A stretch of DNA of 64,000 nt, taken from contig JAQFVV010000006.1 in assembly GCA_028023455.1 (NCBI GenBank), positions 5,022,001 to 5,086,000 on the forward strand, written 5' to 3'. A program made the position numbers and the translations under genes. Below are positions 13,411-27,660 of this stretch, in pieces. Numbering within the stretch: the stretch's first letter is position 1; each line of letters opens with the position of its first letter. Origin of the DNA: Epiperipatus broadwayi (lineage: Eukaryota > Animalia > Onychophora). Under the pieces are notes generated by a model that ran no database searches, had not been told where the DNA came from, and saw only the letters and a list, made by a program, of their open reading frames with translations.

Positions 13411-14218
13411 ATTAAATTGATTATCTGTCTTGACTTTTTTTTGCATAATCTCTCTGAGGTCTGACAAAATCATGTTTCTTTCTTTACATTAAGACCATCT
13501 TTTTTTTCTTATCATAAGACATTTTCTTTACAACATATTTTTCTGTTTTTTTAGAAGTAACTCTTTAATTACAAAACAGTAATTAAATATAATTAATTAT
13601 AGTATTATTTTTTTAAAATAAAAAAAATAGACCACACTTTTTTGCTTATTTAAACACACTTTTTCATAAATTACTTTCTACATTTTAAAAAAGAATACAA
13701 GCTTTAATAATTTATATTTGTCAATAAATAAGTTCTTCCATTCTAAATCTTTGTCTTTAAACATTATTGTTCTGAGCCTCTGTAAATGGTTATAGACATT
13801 TATAAATAAAATATTGCTGCATTAAGTAAAGAAATATTTTTCATTTATTGCTAATATAGAAAGTTACTGTTAACATTTGTTCTTTTGAGTTAATTCTCTC
13901 GCTCAAGTAATTACATATATAGGCCAGAATGCACTCTATTTCATGTTTCAATTCAATTGTAAAAATTATTCGTTTCTCACGCACAACGCAATTAAATTGC
14001 ATAAGTGAATATATAAGTAAATGAATAAATCTATAAATAAAATAGTTAAATTTGAACTCATAGATTTATGTACAATTTAAATATATGTATATTATCTATG
14101 CTAGACAATGTAATTCTAAGGGGCTTGAACTTAGACTTCCAAGCTCCCTACATCTATCCAATCCATCTCATACAACCGATACATATGACAACACACATGC
14201 AAAAGAGATAAATGATCT

Positions 14219-14260
14219 CCAATATTCGTATTTCGTGCTGAATCAGCACTCATCTATTGG
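14219..14260 (-). ncRNA. Hammerhead motif (family B), core mutated
   Basis: CCAA-TAGATGA-GTGCTGATTCAGCAC-GAAA-TACGAA-TA-TTGG; perfect 7-bp inverted repeat in stem II. Confidence 0.7.
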
Positions 14261-14401
14261 TCCAGATCACCATCTCCCACACGTATATATAATCAGTATA
14301 TTTGGATGGCCGAAGAGTTAGAAAAAATTGAAATTTGTCCATTAAAGTTTGAAGATTTGCTACCTTAATATAAACAGAGTACTGGAAGATGGTGACCTGT
14401 A

Positions 14402-14443
14402 CCAACTGATGAGTGCTGATTCCGCACAAAATATGTATATTGG
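14402..14443 (+). ncRNA. Hammerhead motif (family B), G12->A
   Basis: CCAA-CTGATGA-GTGCTGATTCCGCAC-AAAA-TATGTA-TA-TTGG. Confidence 0.7.
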
Positions 14444-14879
14444 AGATCATTTATCTCATTTGCATATGAGTGGTCATGTACATCGGTTGTATAAGATAGA
14501 TTGGATAGATGTAGGGAGCTTGAAAATTCGAGTTCAAATCCCTTATAATTAAATTATGTACAAGTATTAACATATGTACAATGGGAAAAATATTTTTATA
14601 AGATGCACAGCTTATAATTTACAGTTATTTTGACTAATGTCTGAAAGCATCTACAATGATTCAGTTTTAAAGTATAATTTATATCATTTTAAAATAATGA
14701 ACAACTAAAAAAAATATTGTTGCACCAAATTTTTCTCAGTATTTCTGGGTATATATTTTAGGGCATATAAATATATATTATACCATTTATTTATTATTTT
14801 TTTAGAACATTATATTTTTTGTTGTCAAAATTACAGAATAGCAAACTAGCCACATGGTTTTAATAGTGTGAATAATATT

Positions 14880-17757
14880 CAAAAATGTGTATCATATCTT
14901 CTGGGTGACTATTACATAACATACATGTGGGATCCAGATTTAATTTAAAAAGGTTAATGGGAAAAGATTTTGTAGGAATTGTGTTGAGTAATAAGTTATG
15001 CAAAAATTCTAGCCATGATTGCAGAATACACATATTTTAGAATTTGATTAAAATTTTGTCAATTGTGAAAGTTGAGCATAAATATGTCAGGATATTTTTT
15101 TTTTCAAATCTTTAAAGGAAGTACCAATTAAAGAATTGATGTTATAATTGACCAACAGATCTGTATGCTCAATAGCATGATCCATAAAAAATGACTTCAT
15201 ATGGAAGTTGAGATAGGAATATTATAGGTGGAGGAACAGCTTTGAGGATTGGGTTAACTGTGGTTGCATTGTATATCTTGGCTCTGTTATATGATACAAA
15301 TGATTGAGGACATATTAGATTAAGACCACCTTTGCAAATAGGAAAACAAATGCTTGTAATTGATAGAAGATGTGATGATCCCCAGATATATGATTTTATT
15401 GTGGTCATGAGATTATAACAATAGTCATTAAGAGATACATCCATGGATTTATCATAAGATAATATACCATCCCAAGTAGCAGTAACAATACGAACTTTTA
15501 CAGTAGGGTAAAGCAATTTTGGAAAGAACACTTTTATTTTTGTATTGAACTTGTTTATGGCTGGATGATTTAGATGATGGCTTAATTGTGCTTTGGATAA
15601 GTTAATTAGAATTCCAAGAAAAGATGAGTGTGTACCTATGAAAAATGAGGGTAGTTTGTGACCTGTAGATATCTGCCACATGTATGATTTACAAACTTGT
15701 ATTGTAGATCCTGTTAGGTTTCAAATTTGTTCATAGTATGAAGAATGAGAGGAATATTGTGTAGGTCTCTGAAGGCTACTAGGACATCATTAACTGGATA
15801 TACCACTTTAACAGTAGTACCAAAATGAGAAAGAATAAAGCCTTCTGTGCACTGCTCAATTTCTTTGATCATGGGATCTATATATATATTGCAAATAATA
15901 GTTAAATAAGTGGTGAACCTTGTGGCCTATCTTAATTTGGTTTGGAAGGAGAAGAGTCACATATGTAATTTTTTAGTTTGATGGATCTATTGGTAAGATA
16001 ATTTTTATGGTGGTAATTAGATGTATAAGGTCTAGGTGGAAGTTTGATTAATGTGTTTAAAGGTTCCCAGTTTGCCAGATGAAGAGCAGCTTTAAAGACA
16101 ACCTGATATATGGCATAATTTGCTAATTTATTTTGTTTTGCATATAGTATTGATTCCTGTGCTAAAAGAATAGCTGGAGATGCTCATTGTGCTTTAACAG
16201 CATAATGTGATGAAGAAAGTTAGGGAGGATAAGATCATGTAGTTGTTTAAGAATAATTCTTGCAAATATTTTTGATCAATATCTTCCAATATGATAAGAC
16301 ACAGATCATTTACTGATGGATATAAACCTTTTGAGGTTTTTTTAAGGCAGAAGATTATATTAGTGGATAGATTAGGTATGTGATATTCATGTGAACAAAG
16401 TTGATTATAATACTTATGCAGAATGGGGGAGATAATATAATTTAGATGCTTATAAATGTTACCTATAATGAGATCATTTGCTAATGAGGTATGTGAATGA
16501 AAGTGCATAAATTCATTAAAAAATTTGTTGCTATGAAATGTAATAAATTTTGAGGAAGATGCATGTTACAGTTAGTAGAGAATAGATAATAATGAACTGC
16601 TTTAAGAGTATTTTTTAAGTGATTAAGATGTTTGATATCAATTTTAGTGCCAGATATAAGAGTATTTTCTCTCAACATAATTAGAATATCATAGGCATAA
16701 GGGTCACTTGATTTTGCATAATTTACTGTAGCTTTTCTTAATGCTGAAAAATTAGGGATTACTTTTCTAAGCCGAAATGCCATGATATTTTGGTTATAAA
16801 GAGCAGTTAGATGTTTAGCTTCACTTTGCAGCTTTTGAATAAGGAATTGTTGCATTGTGGAATTTTGTTATAGCTTGAACAGTTGAATTGATGTCATCAA
16901 GACATTGTTTTGTAAAATTATTTGAATGATAATATGTTAATTTATCAGAACAACAATTATTTAGAAATATTTTTAGTAGTGTCCATATTTCAATTGAAGA
17001 AAGTATCTGCAGCTGATAAAAATAATCCCTGTCAATTAATATATTAGAGGTATCATCGATAGTTAATTTAAATTCACTAGGAATTTGCCATTTGTAAATT
17101 TATAAATTGTTGGTTTATTTTGTAGTGTACTTTGTGTGAGAGTTACACAGATATGGTCAGAGAATGAAAAATTATTCAGGTGAATTGAAGTTTTGCGGTC
17201 AGTTGGAGAAATAAAAAAAAAAATCAATGAGAAAAAATCTTTGACTTCCAATAAATGACACAGCATTTGGAGGATATAGTAATAATAGTGTGTAGCAAGG
17301 CCAATTGATTGAGCTTTAGTTTTAATGTATAGATGGGAGATTATTATAGGAGCAATTAAAATCACACATGATAGTTAAACCAGGTTTATGTAGGATTTTA
17401 TTTGGGCAATGAGAAGAGTATTTACAATGTCTTTTGCCTTTTGGCATAAATATATGGCTATAAAATAGTATAACTGTGACTGAAAAATAAAGGAAATTAT
17501 GATTGCATTAACTGACATAAATATTATTTTTAATCTTGTCAGTGAAAATTGTGTACTAATTAGAATATCTACTCCTTATGCTGGACTGATGTTGGGTTTA
17601 TGTACAAATATGTATTTACTGTTTAGAGTGTTAACAGTGATTAAAGTAATTTTTGTTTCTGTAATGACAAAGATATCATCAGGATAATTATTTAGAAATT
17701 GATGTAGTATGAGTTATGACCTCATACATTTATTGTGGCTATTTTTATGCTAGACAT
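14880..17757 (-). pseudogene. Decayed non-LTR retrotransposon ORF2 (APE endonuclease + RT), L1/Tx1-like
   Basis: Minus strand, in expected order: MSSIKIATINV*G (17757), ITET, FSDH (~17155), KIFARIILKQL (~16260), QVVFKAALHLANWE (cf. DFEKAFDxVxW, ~16090), RPQGSPL..LLFAIYIDP (~15920), FLGI, FPICKGGLNL (~15330); a decayed ORF1 may extend to ~18700. Confidence 0.8.
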
Positions 17758-18859
17758 ATTATGTTTTTTAAGAGTTGGAACAATGATTTTTGCAGGCATG
17801 TTTGGTGTCAGAAATAGGCATTGTAGCTCTTTTACTATTTTTATTGGCAGAGGAGGTAATTTTATTACTTACTTCACTATTTCGTTTTATTTTTAGTTGT
17901 AACTCATAGATTTTATGATCTAATAACTAGAACCAATTGTCTTTTCATATATGATCTTTAATGGTGTTGATGTCTTGAGTTTGAACTCAGGTATTATGGC
18001 AACTATTTCTTAATATTATTAACTTGTATTGGAAATATTTTTTAATTCTGTTATATAAATTCTCTCATGACTTTGTATTAATATTTTGGTTTATTTATTT
18101 AAGGCCTGAATTATAATAGGGAATCTTATATGATGTTATATGAATGTTTACCTAGTAGAACTATAATAATCAATGATAATTAAGTGATGGTTTGAATTAT
18201 TGAAAAGGGATATATAATATACTAGAAGGTATGGGTATTAATGGAGAATAGTATAGAAAAATATATTCTAATGTTACATTCCAAGAAGAGAATTAATTTG
18301 TATTAGATTCATAAGACAAACTAAAGAAAGGGTTTTGAACTCCATTCTTTGAGTTCCCTGTTCTACTTTAAACCTTATGGTGCATGACTGAAGATCGATA
18401 ATGGGTATATTGAATAAACCAGAAAATTATACTAAGAAAATCCTGCTGATTTCAAAAGCTGTAATTTATATTAACTACAACCTATGTACTCAGATGGAAA
18501 TGGAATCCAGTTTAGTTACTATTTTATAGTACTACATGCAATATAGGTTTCATTTAATTGTCAGTTTTTACTGGTTACTTATGTATCTCTAAGCAATTCA
18601 CCTATTTTTCCTGTATAAAACAACCACTTTAAGTTTTAATATTTTGCAACATTATGGTAATACAATTTTATCTTAATGATCATCTATATGTCTGGTATAT
18701 GTTGTTCATAATTGATCAGTCTAATGGTAAGAAAAGATTTAAATATTTATTCAACTATTGGACTATTTCATAATATCTTGGATGTTCAGTTCTTCAGCAA
18801 TCAAATATATATCCTTCTTGCAATGCACTGATACTCTTACAGTTTTATTTGTTTTTACT

Positions 18860-19620
18860 AGCTATCAGCTTTCATCTTTAATTTTAGTATTAAACCATTA
18901 TTATATATCAAAATATAATAAATTTGAATTCATTTTATAGATATTTTTGTTTAGAAATTAAATAAATCTGTAAAAATCACATCAGAATCTGGCAATACAT
19001 TTAAAAATTACATTTTACCTAAAATAAAGCACCATTTCATTATCAAGCCATTGGAAGGAGATAAATTTTTCCAAATGAATAAAATCTTCTCTGATTGATA
19101 TTTGTATTTAAAATTGAACAAATAATTATCAATATCTGGTAAATCTACCAATTTGTGCTTTAAGTTTTTAAATTTTTTAGTAATTTTTACAATATTACTA
19201 TTATTTTAATAGACAGTAAATGGTGACATGTTACTAAACAAATCATAACTAACAACTCCATAATTTCCACAGTAATGTTATTCAGAAAAAAATATTTTAT
19301 GTTTAAAAATAAACCATTTATGTAGAAAATAAATATGTAATAATATATATTTTTGATTTATAATAATTATTAATTAATTACTGTACAAAAATAATCATAA
19401 CATTCTAAAAAATGAAGCTTTTAGTCACTTGAACCATTTGCTTAAAGTAATATCACAAAGTTTGAGACCTCCAAGAGAACAATTGTTACACATCAATCAT
19501 TTAATGGGTTTTGAATTTCCTGCATATTTGATATCCTGACATCTTTAGAATTTTTTTGAAATTAAATTATTAGAATAAAATATATGTTAATGGTCACCCT
19601 GAAATAAATAAAAAAGTTTG
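18860..19620. mobile_element. AT-rich dispersed repeat, possible non-autonomous Tc1/mariner-type element
   Basis: Co-linear with 42245-42970 (TATTAAACCATTATTA..., CACAAAGTTTGAGA..., TTTTTTGAAAT.AAA.TATTAGAA); right end ...GTCACCCTG (reverse complement CAGGGTG) resembles mariner TIR starts; class assignment weak. Confidence 0.5.
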
Positions 19621-19911
19621 CAAAATCTCTCATTAGGTGACTGTACATGCAAATTCAATTTCATTTCTCATAAGAGAGAGCCTCGTTTGTAAAAAATATA
19701 AGGATATATCCAGTATCATTCATTACAGGGTCTTATTTACAATGCTTCCCAAACTTGCCATTAATAGCATTGCTTTTCATGTTTTTCACTTTACACTGAT
19801 ATCATACAAATCTATTCTTTGCACATTTATAATCACTTTTGTGAATCTAAAAGAGAAACTGAAAAAAAGGATTAAAACATTGATAAATCACATGTTCTGA
19901 ATTTTTATAAC

Positions 19912-20225
19912 TCATCATCATCATCAACCATTATCAATCCACTGCAGGATGAAGGTTTCTCCATTTTCAATTCAACTTTTTCTATCTTTAGCTTCTCTTC
20001 TCCACATCACCCCTGCACACTTTCTTATTTCATCCATCCATCTCACATGTGGTTTCTTTCTGTGTCTTTTACAATCTCTTGGAATCCAGTTTAAAATTTC
20101 AATTGTCCATCTATTATCATCTCTTCTAGCAATATGTCCATCCCAACTCCACTTCAGTCTTTAAATTTTTTCAATGAGGTCAGTAACATCTGATTGTTCT
20201 CTTACCCTTACATTGCGTTTTCGAT
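19912..20225 (-). mobile_element. RTE-clade LINE 3' fragment with (GAT)n tail
   Basis: Minus translation RLKWSWDGHIARRDDNRWTIEILNWIPRDCKRHRKKPHVRWMDEI matches the RTE ORF C-terminal pattern (KWxWAGHxARxxDxRW...W.PR..KR..GRP..RW.D). Confidence 0.85.
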
Positions 20226-21124
20226 AATTTCGGTAATTTTTATAAATATGGAACTTTATATTAACAAATTCATTCTATTAGCTAATATCATACCTTTACA
20301 ATACCTTTGATTTCACCAAACTAAAAAGATACTTTAAGAATACCTTGTGTTTGTTGGTATTTACCTATTTTTCTTTAGATTTAGCTGTCCTATACTGATT
20401 ACCAAATATTACTGGTTAATTTTCAAAAATAAGTCTTGATGTTTATTGAAGACATTTATTGATTCAGACTACATACATTCTAATTACTTTACTCTTTTAC
20501 AATAATTATTAGTCAGCATGAAATGCATCTAGGGGGTCAGTTGTTTTTTAAAATTATCTTTATTTGTATGTTTTAAAAAGAATATTTGCTGGTACCAAAG
20601 TTATTAAGTACATGTATGAAAAATATTATACATGGAAATAGGAAATGAAGCTGAATAACTCCATGTGTGCATAAGTTTAATTAAAAACTTATATAAATCT
20701 TCAAATAAGATTTAAAATTTATATTTGGGATAAGGATAATCTTTATGTTAATAAATGACTAATAGAAACCTATTTGTAGTTATCTAGAGTCGATTTGTGT
20801 CAAAGTTGTGGAAGAAGTAAATTTGACACCTGCATATCAAAATGGAACAATTTATTAAAAAGAAGAAAAAAACCACTTTGTTACTATGCAAATTTGAATT
20901 CCAAATGCAAATAAAGAGAAATATCAATATTAATAAATATTGTACATATGATAAAGATATATATGAGAGACCGTGTGTTGTGCCAATAATAGATGCTGGT
21001 TTAGCATAAAATGCATTTTGCGGGTCAAAAATATTTTTATTCATATATTTTAAAAGAATGTTTGGTGGTCTAGAAGTTATTAAATGCATCTATAAAATAT
21101 ATAGTCTATATTTATTTTTATATT

Positions 21125-21291
21125 TAAATATAGGGATTTGAACTCAGGTTTCCAAGCATCCTTCAACTATCTACCCTATCTCATATAACTGATACACATG
21201 AGCATACACATGTAGAAAAGATATATAATCACCAATACACGTATTTTGTGCTAAACCAGCACTCATCATTTGGTCCAGATTATCATCTCTC

Positions 21292-21322
<31 letters not shown>

Positions 21323-21530
21323 CTCAGTTTATATTAAGATAGCAAATCTTCATACTTTAATGGACAGGCTTCAACCTACTCCAACCTCCAACTTTTCAGC
21401 CATCCATATCATTGAAAATCTGAAGAAGAAAACCCAAATCCCATTCTGATGCCAATATTATTGCCATGCCCACGTTGACCTCAAGTCACTTTGACTCCTC
21501 ATTTATAGGGCCTTATCCATTTAAAAACAT
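21125..21530 (-). mobile_element. Family B monomer; HHR at 21232-21273 (mutated)
   Basis: CCAA-ATGATGA-GTGCTGGTTTAGCAC-AAAA-TACGTG-TA-TTGG on minus; a degenerate plus-sense remnant lies at ~20950-21020. Confidence 0.85.
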
Positions 21531-22249
21531 AGAAGAGGGGACAAAAAAAAGAATCGTCCTTGTCTGTTATTTTTATTAAAAAATAACATATACACACAAT
21601 TTCAATTTGCAAATATACTCTACAATAAACTTTTGGGTATTTTTTTTTTTAAAAAGAAAGTATAATTCTAACAATTTTATCAAAGCTTATTCTTTTTCTC
21701 ATTCTTACAAATGTTAAAAATTTTAGTTTTAAATAGTGCTATGAAATCTACTCAACGATTATTGCATAATTGCATTTAAAAAATAATCAATAACACTGGT
21801 TAATAATACTTATGACATGATCTTTAAAAATAGCTGCATATTTATGTATTCATGTTAATGTGCATTTGCGATAAAAATATATATTTTAAAGATTTACACA
21901 AATTTTTGACACATTTTTAAAAGGATATTTGCACCAACCAAAAAAGAATAATTATTTTAATTATATTATGAACGCTTAGTGGAAAAATTGAACATAAATA
22001 AAATTTTAAAATCACGTACAAATTCATACGAATACATACACACAACGATAAATAAATAGATAGATACATATGTAAGTAAGTAAGTGGATAGAAAGATAAT
22101 TAATAGATAGTTTAATATGTAGATAAATGAAGAAATGGTAGGTAGAATGTAACATATATAGACATAGATAGACTTTAGATAGATAGATAAGAAGTAGATT
22201 GGTGAATAGATAGAGAAATTTGTTAATAAAATAAATAGTCAGATAGGTA

Positions 22250-22478
<229 letters not shown>

Positions 22479-22806
22479 GTAAATATATGTATTGCTAGTG
22501 GATTTATAATTTAATTTTATCTAGTGATCTAATTGTCAATTGGCATTCTTAATTTATACATCCACGCGCGCGCGCGCGTGTATATATATATATGTATATA
22601 CAGAACTATGTAAATAGTTATGTATATAGATGAATAAATATATAAATAAGTAACAAGGTGTACATATATTTATATAAACATAAGTAGATTTTAGATAAAT
22701 AGGTAGATAAATAGATTGATAGATAAATAGATGTAGATGCATACATTGATAAATAGGTATGTAAGTGGATAAAGAAAAAGATAGATATGAAAATAATATA
22801 TTAATG

Positions 22807-22919
<113 letters not shown>

Positions 22920-23489
22920 TTTAGATAAATTGTCAAAGAAAAATAAATTAACGGAAAGACAAACGTAGAGAAAAGATTGATTGACATATAATTAAATATA
23001 TATGCAGAAAGACATTTATATAGATAGATACATAAATGCGTAAATAGATAATTAGATAGCTAAATAGGTAAATATACAAAATAAATAGATGGATGAATAG
23101 ATGGATAAATAGATAGATAGATGGACAGATAGATGGATGAATATATGGATTTAAAGATGAATAGATAGATAAATAGATAATCATAGAGGTAGCAGATATA
23201 AAAAAAAATCATTTAGAAATCTCTGATAACATGCCAATAATAAAAAAAAAAAAAACTGAAAACATTACTCATTAGAATTATAATATTTAGGTTGTATGGG
23301 TTAGATCACTTTTTCATTCTTGGTTTACTCTGTAGCTAAAACAAGATAAATATCCATTTAATGATTAATATTGATTGATTAAATGTGTTGCTAGAGGCTG
23401 GTTGTGAAATAAAAACTAAGTCTTTCTGAGATTTAGAAAAAAAAACTCAAATTTTACTTGACCTAGTTTACAATCCAAATATTAGGTAA

Positions 23490-23591
23490 ATAATATTCAT
23501 TAAGGCTATAGCCTTAATCACATGCGTATAAAATGCGATAGTAGGAACCTTATACGCATGTGATTGAGGCTACAGCCTTAATGAATATTAT
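23490..23591. repeat. Near-perfect inverted repeat, 42-bp arms, 18-nt loop
   Basis: ATAATATTCATTAAGGCTATAGCCTTAATCACATGCGTATAA / TTATACGCATGTGATTGAGGCTACAGCCTTAATGAATATTAT; 2 mismatches. Confidence 0.9.
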
Positions 23592-24184
23592 GTAATGAAT
23601 GTGCGTTTAAATAAATTTATAATTACAATCCAGATATTAGACACATTCGCATTTGTGCTACTCTTACGACATATGCTTAATGACACTCATGTATAAGTAA
23701 TTCCATAAAATGTGTTATATCTATTGCTAATTTAGATATATTTTAGTTACACTTCCTATTTATTTCTTATTTCCTTTAATGGTCTGGTGACGTTTATTAG
23801 CTTGTGTAGGTTCCATATAGGAATTTAATTGTATCTTCTTTGTATAATGCGTTGTTAATAAGCTTATTTAAATTTATGGTAATTCTGAATACGACATTAA
23901 ATTTGTCTGGGCAAATTTGTACTATATGGTAGAGCAATCCTGCTTTTGTTATTAGCTCTACAACTGACAGTTTTATTATTTTTGTGTTGAATTGTTATAT
24001 ATATATATATCGGTGTGTGTGTGTGTTGTTATATCCTGTATTTACCAAGTCAGCCATCTAATGTTCTATGTTCTCAGTTCATATATATATATTGTAATCA
24101 ATGTTTCATATTTATATTACTTTATTATGAATTTATATGAAGAAATAGCATAATGGATTTTCTTTATTTTCATTTTGGATTGTA

Positions 24185-24312
24185 TATGAAATACGTATAT
24201 TGGGGATCATAGATATTTTTCACATGTATGTGGTCATGTGTATCAGTTGCATAAGATGAATTGGATAGCTGTGGAGAATTTGAAACTCTAAATTCAAGTT
24301 CCTTATAATTAC
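24185..24312 (+). mobile_element. Family B fragment starting at the HHR GAAA
   Basis: GAAATACGTATATTGG (intact palindromic stem III) at 24188, running to AAATTCAAGTTCCTTATAATT. Confidence 0.8.
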
Positions 24313-26589
24313 ATTGTTTTGTATAGACAATATACATGTATTTAAATATTATATATATATATTGATTAATAGATTTGCAGTATGTTATCAGTCAATTTCA
24401 AAAAAAGATCGTAAAACAGTCTGGGGGGGGGGGGGTAAATTCAAACTAATTTGAATTTTTATGAACTAGATACATATTTAGAAGGATACTGAGATAGACC
24501 CCAGTAAATTAGTATAAAATTAGGGCATTTAAAAATTGATAATAGTAAATTAAAGGATATGATTAATCATTAACAATAATTTATTAAGATCTCTTTATAG
24601 GACTTAGAAATTTTAAATGTAATCAGTCTGTCTGTATATATTTAAATTGCACATGAAATATTGTTTAATATATATTATATTGGTTGAGTTCCTTTTTGAA
24701 TAAATTTTTTTGGTATAGTAATAAATTTTTATACATTTGGTTCATCAATATTGTATGCAGATTGGTTGTTTTAATTTCTAAAATAAATGCACTTTGAGTC
24801 TTCTTTTAATTCAGATAATATTGGCTTTAACCAGGCAGTTGTTTTAAATTTTGTCCGGCTTAAAATGAGATGTCTTTCTGAAGTGGCTTGCCATATTTAT
24901 TGTTAGATACAGATTATAAATGAATGATTAAAAATTGATTATTAAAATATAAGAAGAGAAATGATAGAAGTGACTAAAAATTCCATGTAAATTGATAGAA
25001 AATATATTAACTATTAGCATTTTTTTACCCTGATTTTCTTCATTATTTACCCTGATTTTCTTCTAATAAATATTATTAATTATTTATTCTTATTGAGGCC
25101 CCAAATTTGTGCCTTTGTGGTTGTTAGCATTCTATCCCTGATTCTGCTATTCTATTGTATTAATATATAACTAAGAAAACTAATCTAGTTTTTGCTGCCA
25201 TTTACAGATTTATTCCTTTCTCTATATTATATACACAGTCAAGTCTATATAAATACACTATTTATTACAGTAAATTCAGAATTTAATATGTATTTCTAAT
25301 CACAGATGGTTTAAAATAAAATTCTATTTCTCTCCTGCTAGAAAATAAAACATTTATATAATTAATTTGTCAAGGTATATATCAAGCACAAAACTGAGTA
25401 AAGCCCTGATTTCAGCATGGAGGGCAAATGTTGGCTTTTATAACAATAAGTTGTAGTATTAATATCATTTATGTTCTTTATTACTTTTACCATGTTTTTT
25501 ACAACCTACTATTGATGGTTTTGATTGCCCTAGCAGTCTTCTTCAGAACTTCTAATTATATTTTAGGCAGAAATGGTCCACTTATGCTTTTTAAACTGAT
25601 GCTTTATGGGTGAATGCATGTACATTCTTGAAAAGTGCATGACTGAAAGTTTATTTCTTTTTCTATATTATATGTACTCAAGTGCTATATAAATAGACTA
25701 TTTAAATACAGTACAGTCTATAACAAAACTGATAAATGAAATGAACTAGCACCAAATGGTGTAGTTCACACACACACACAAAACAGAACTAAATTATTAA
25801 TAAGAAACTAAAATGGTAGCCCTTATTTTAAAAAAAAAAATTGTTGTTAAAAATCTGGCAGTAAAGGTCATCTGTGGTAAAAAAAAAAATGCAATATTCT
25901 GAAAAAGTATTAATAATTATTTAATTCAACAATAAACTTCTGGTGCAATTAAATATATGTTAAAGAAAAAAGTTGCATTTGATGAAATTGTTACAGAATT
26001 ATTTAAATGCGGGGGGGGGGGGTAGAACATGAATTTCTCCTCATAGACAAACAATATTATTATTATGAATAATTTTGGAAACTCTTTTATAAGATTTTGA
26101 TATATATATATGATTTTAGAAATAAATGTGGATAAAATAAAACTTTTAAATGGAAAATCACCTATAGTAAAAAAAAAAAAATATTGAAAATTATTTATTT
26201 GACAGGAAATTTGCTCTCGTCCAATTAATAAAAGAATAATACGTAGTGTGTACGTGGTAAATATATGTTAAATAAAAAATGAAGAAAACCATAATCAACA
26301 CTTTGTTTTATTTATTTTTGTAATAAAAGAATGACAAAATTTAGGCGTGGTAAAGACATGAGGCCAAGCCCCCCCCCCCCAGTATAATAATTTTTTTTAT
26401 CACAGTTGCCAAAATAATAAACTTGTTATTATAAATAAATAGTCAAAAGATTATGTGAGAAACTGAGCTGAGATGTATGCATATAGAGAGCTATAATCTG
26501 GCACAGCATTACACCAAACTACATAAATATAAATATTAAATGTAATTAACATATTCATTCAGTACACTGAATATTTACTATAGTAAATA

Positions 26590-26715
26590 GAATGATTTGA
26601 ACTCAGGCTTTTGATCTATATTACTCATCCACTCCATTTCAAAGAATAGATGTACATGACCAGGGATAGAGTGGATGATGAATATAGACTGAAAATCCTA
26701 AGTTCAAATTTCTCT
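26590..26715. mobile_element. Two family B 3' ends in inverted orientation
   Basis: GATTTGAACTCAGG...ACTCATCCACTC versus GAGTGGATGATG...CCTAAGTTCAAATT. Confidence 0.6.
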
Positions 26716-27134
26716 ATTTAAAAATAAAATGTTTTATTGCTAGGAAATTTGTAATAAGTTCAAGAGTGGAAGCATTCACCTGTGAACTTTGAATACCAGA
26801 ATCTTTTACTCTACCATTATACAAAATCAGAAAGGCCATCATGTTACTTAACTATATTATCCAATAAACTGCTAATCAGATTGACAGCTTACTGAGATTG
26901 ATAATTGACTATTTACTTTATTAACTCAGAAATTTAATCAATTTTTGCAGATTTAATATTTCATAATTTAAATTAATTAAAAAAGTAAAACTAATTTATT
27001 TTTTCTTTTATAATGAATGAATGATGTGTGTAAGGTAACACATACCTTCATAACCATATCTCTGATATTTATCTCAATATGTTATCATTAAGCATGTCCT
27101 GATCACTATCTTTATACTAGCACATAACTGATTA

Positions 27135-27660
27135 TAAACAAAATGCAAACTCTCCATATAATAATGCCACCCTGTGCCAACAATGCCTAAATTATAAACA
27201 GAAGTAAAATGCAACATAAAATATATGAACAAACTAATACCAACCTGAAATTAGTGGTTATGGTTGATAAAGAGCCAAATACACCAATATGTATGGGTGT
27301 CTGAATTGAGTTCTGATCCATATGACTTTATATGCTTTTAAGCTAGTATTATTATATAGTTATTGTATTTTAATTTTATTTTGTTCATTATGTCATAGTT
27401 TGAAGTGAAGACTGCAAGGTGGTTGAAATATAGATGTTTGTATATATGATCCTAAGATATAGGTCTGTGCTACAAAGTGTCCAAAGTGTTTTGGACACAC
27501 TGTATTTATGGAAGATACAGCAAACCTGAAGAAACAGTCTGGGGATTTTGGAGGAGTATTTATTAGATAGGGATTTTATGCTCTAGTTTATACTGGCATG
27601 ATATGATTTGTGCAAGGTTGGCACAGCTGTGGCACTACCGTATCCGTAGATGTTTGCCTT
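27135..27660 (+). mobile_element. Old, diverged family A copy with 5' inverted segment
   Basis: GCAAACTCTCCATATATAATGCCAC (inverted), then TGTATGGG..GAGTTC.GA.C.ATATGAC, GATCCTAAGAT, GAAACAGTCTGGGG (HHR remnant), GGCACTAC. Confidence 0.65.

Larger units (their letters stand above)
14110..14555. mobile_element. Family B HHR repeat, two arms head-to-head
   Basis: 14110-14295 minus sense, 14300-14555 plus sense; both arms end near GTTCAA(A/G)(T/C)CCCTTA(T/G)AATT. Confidence 0.9.
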
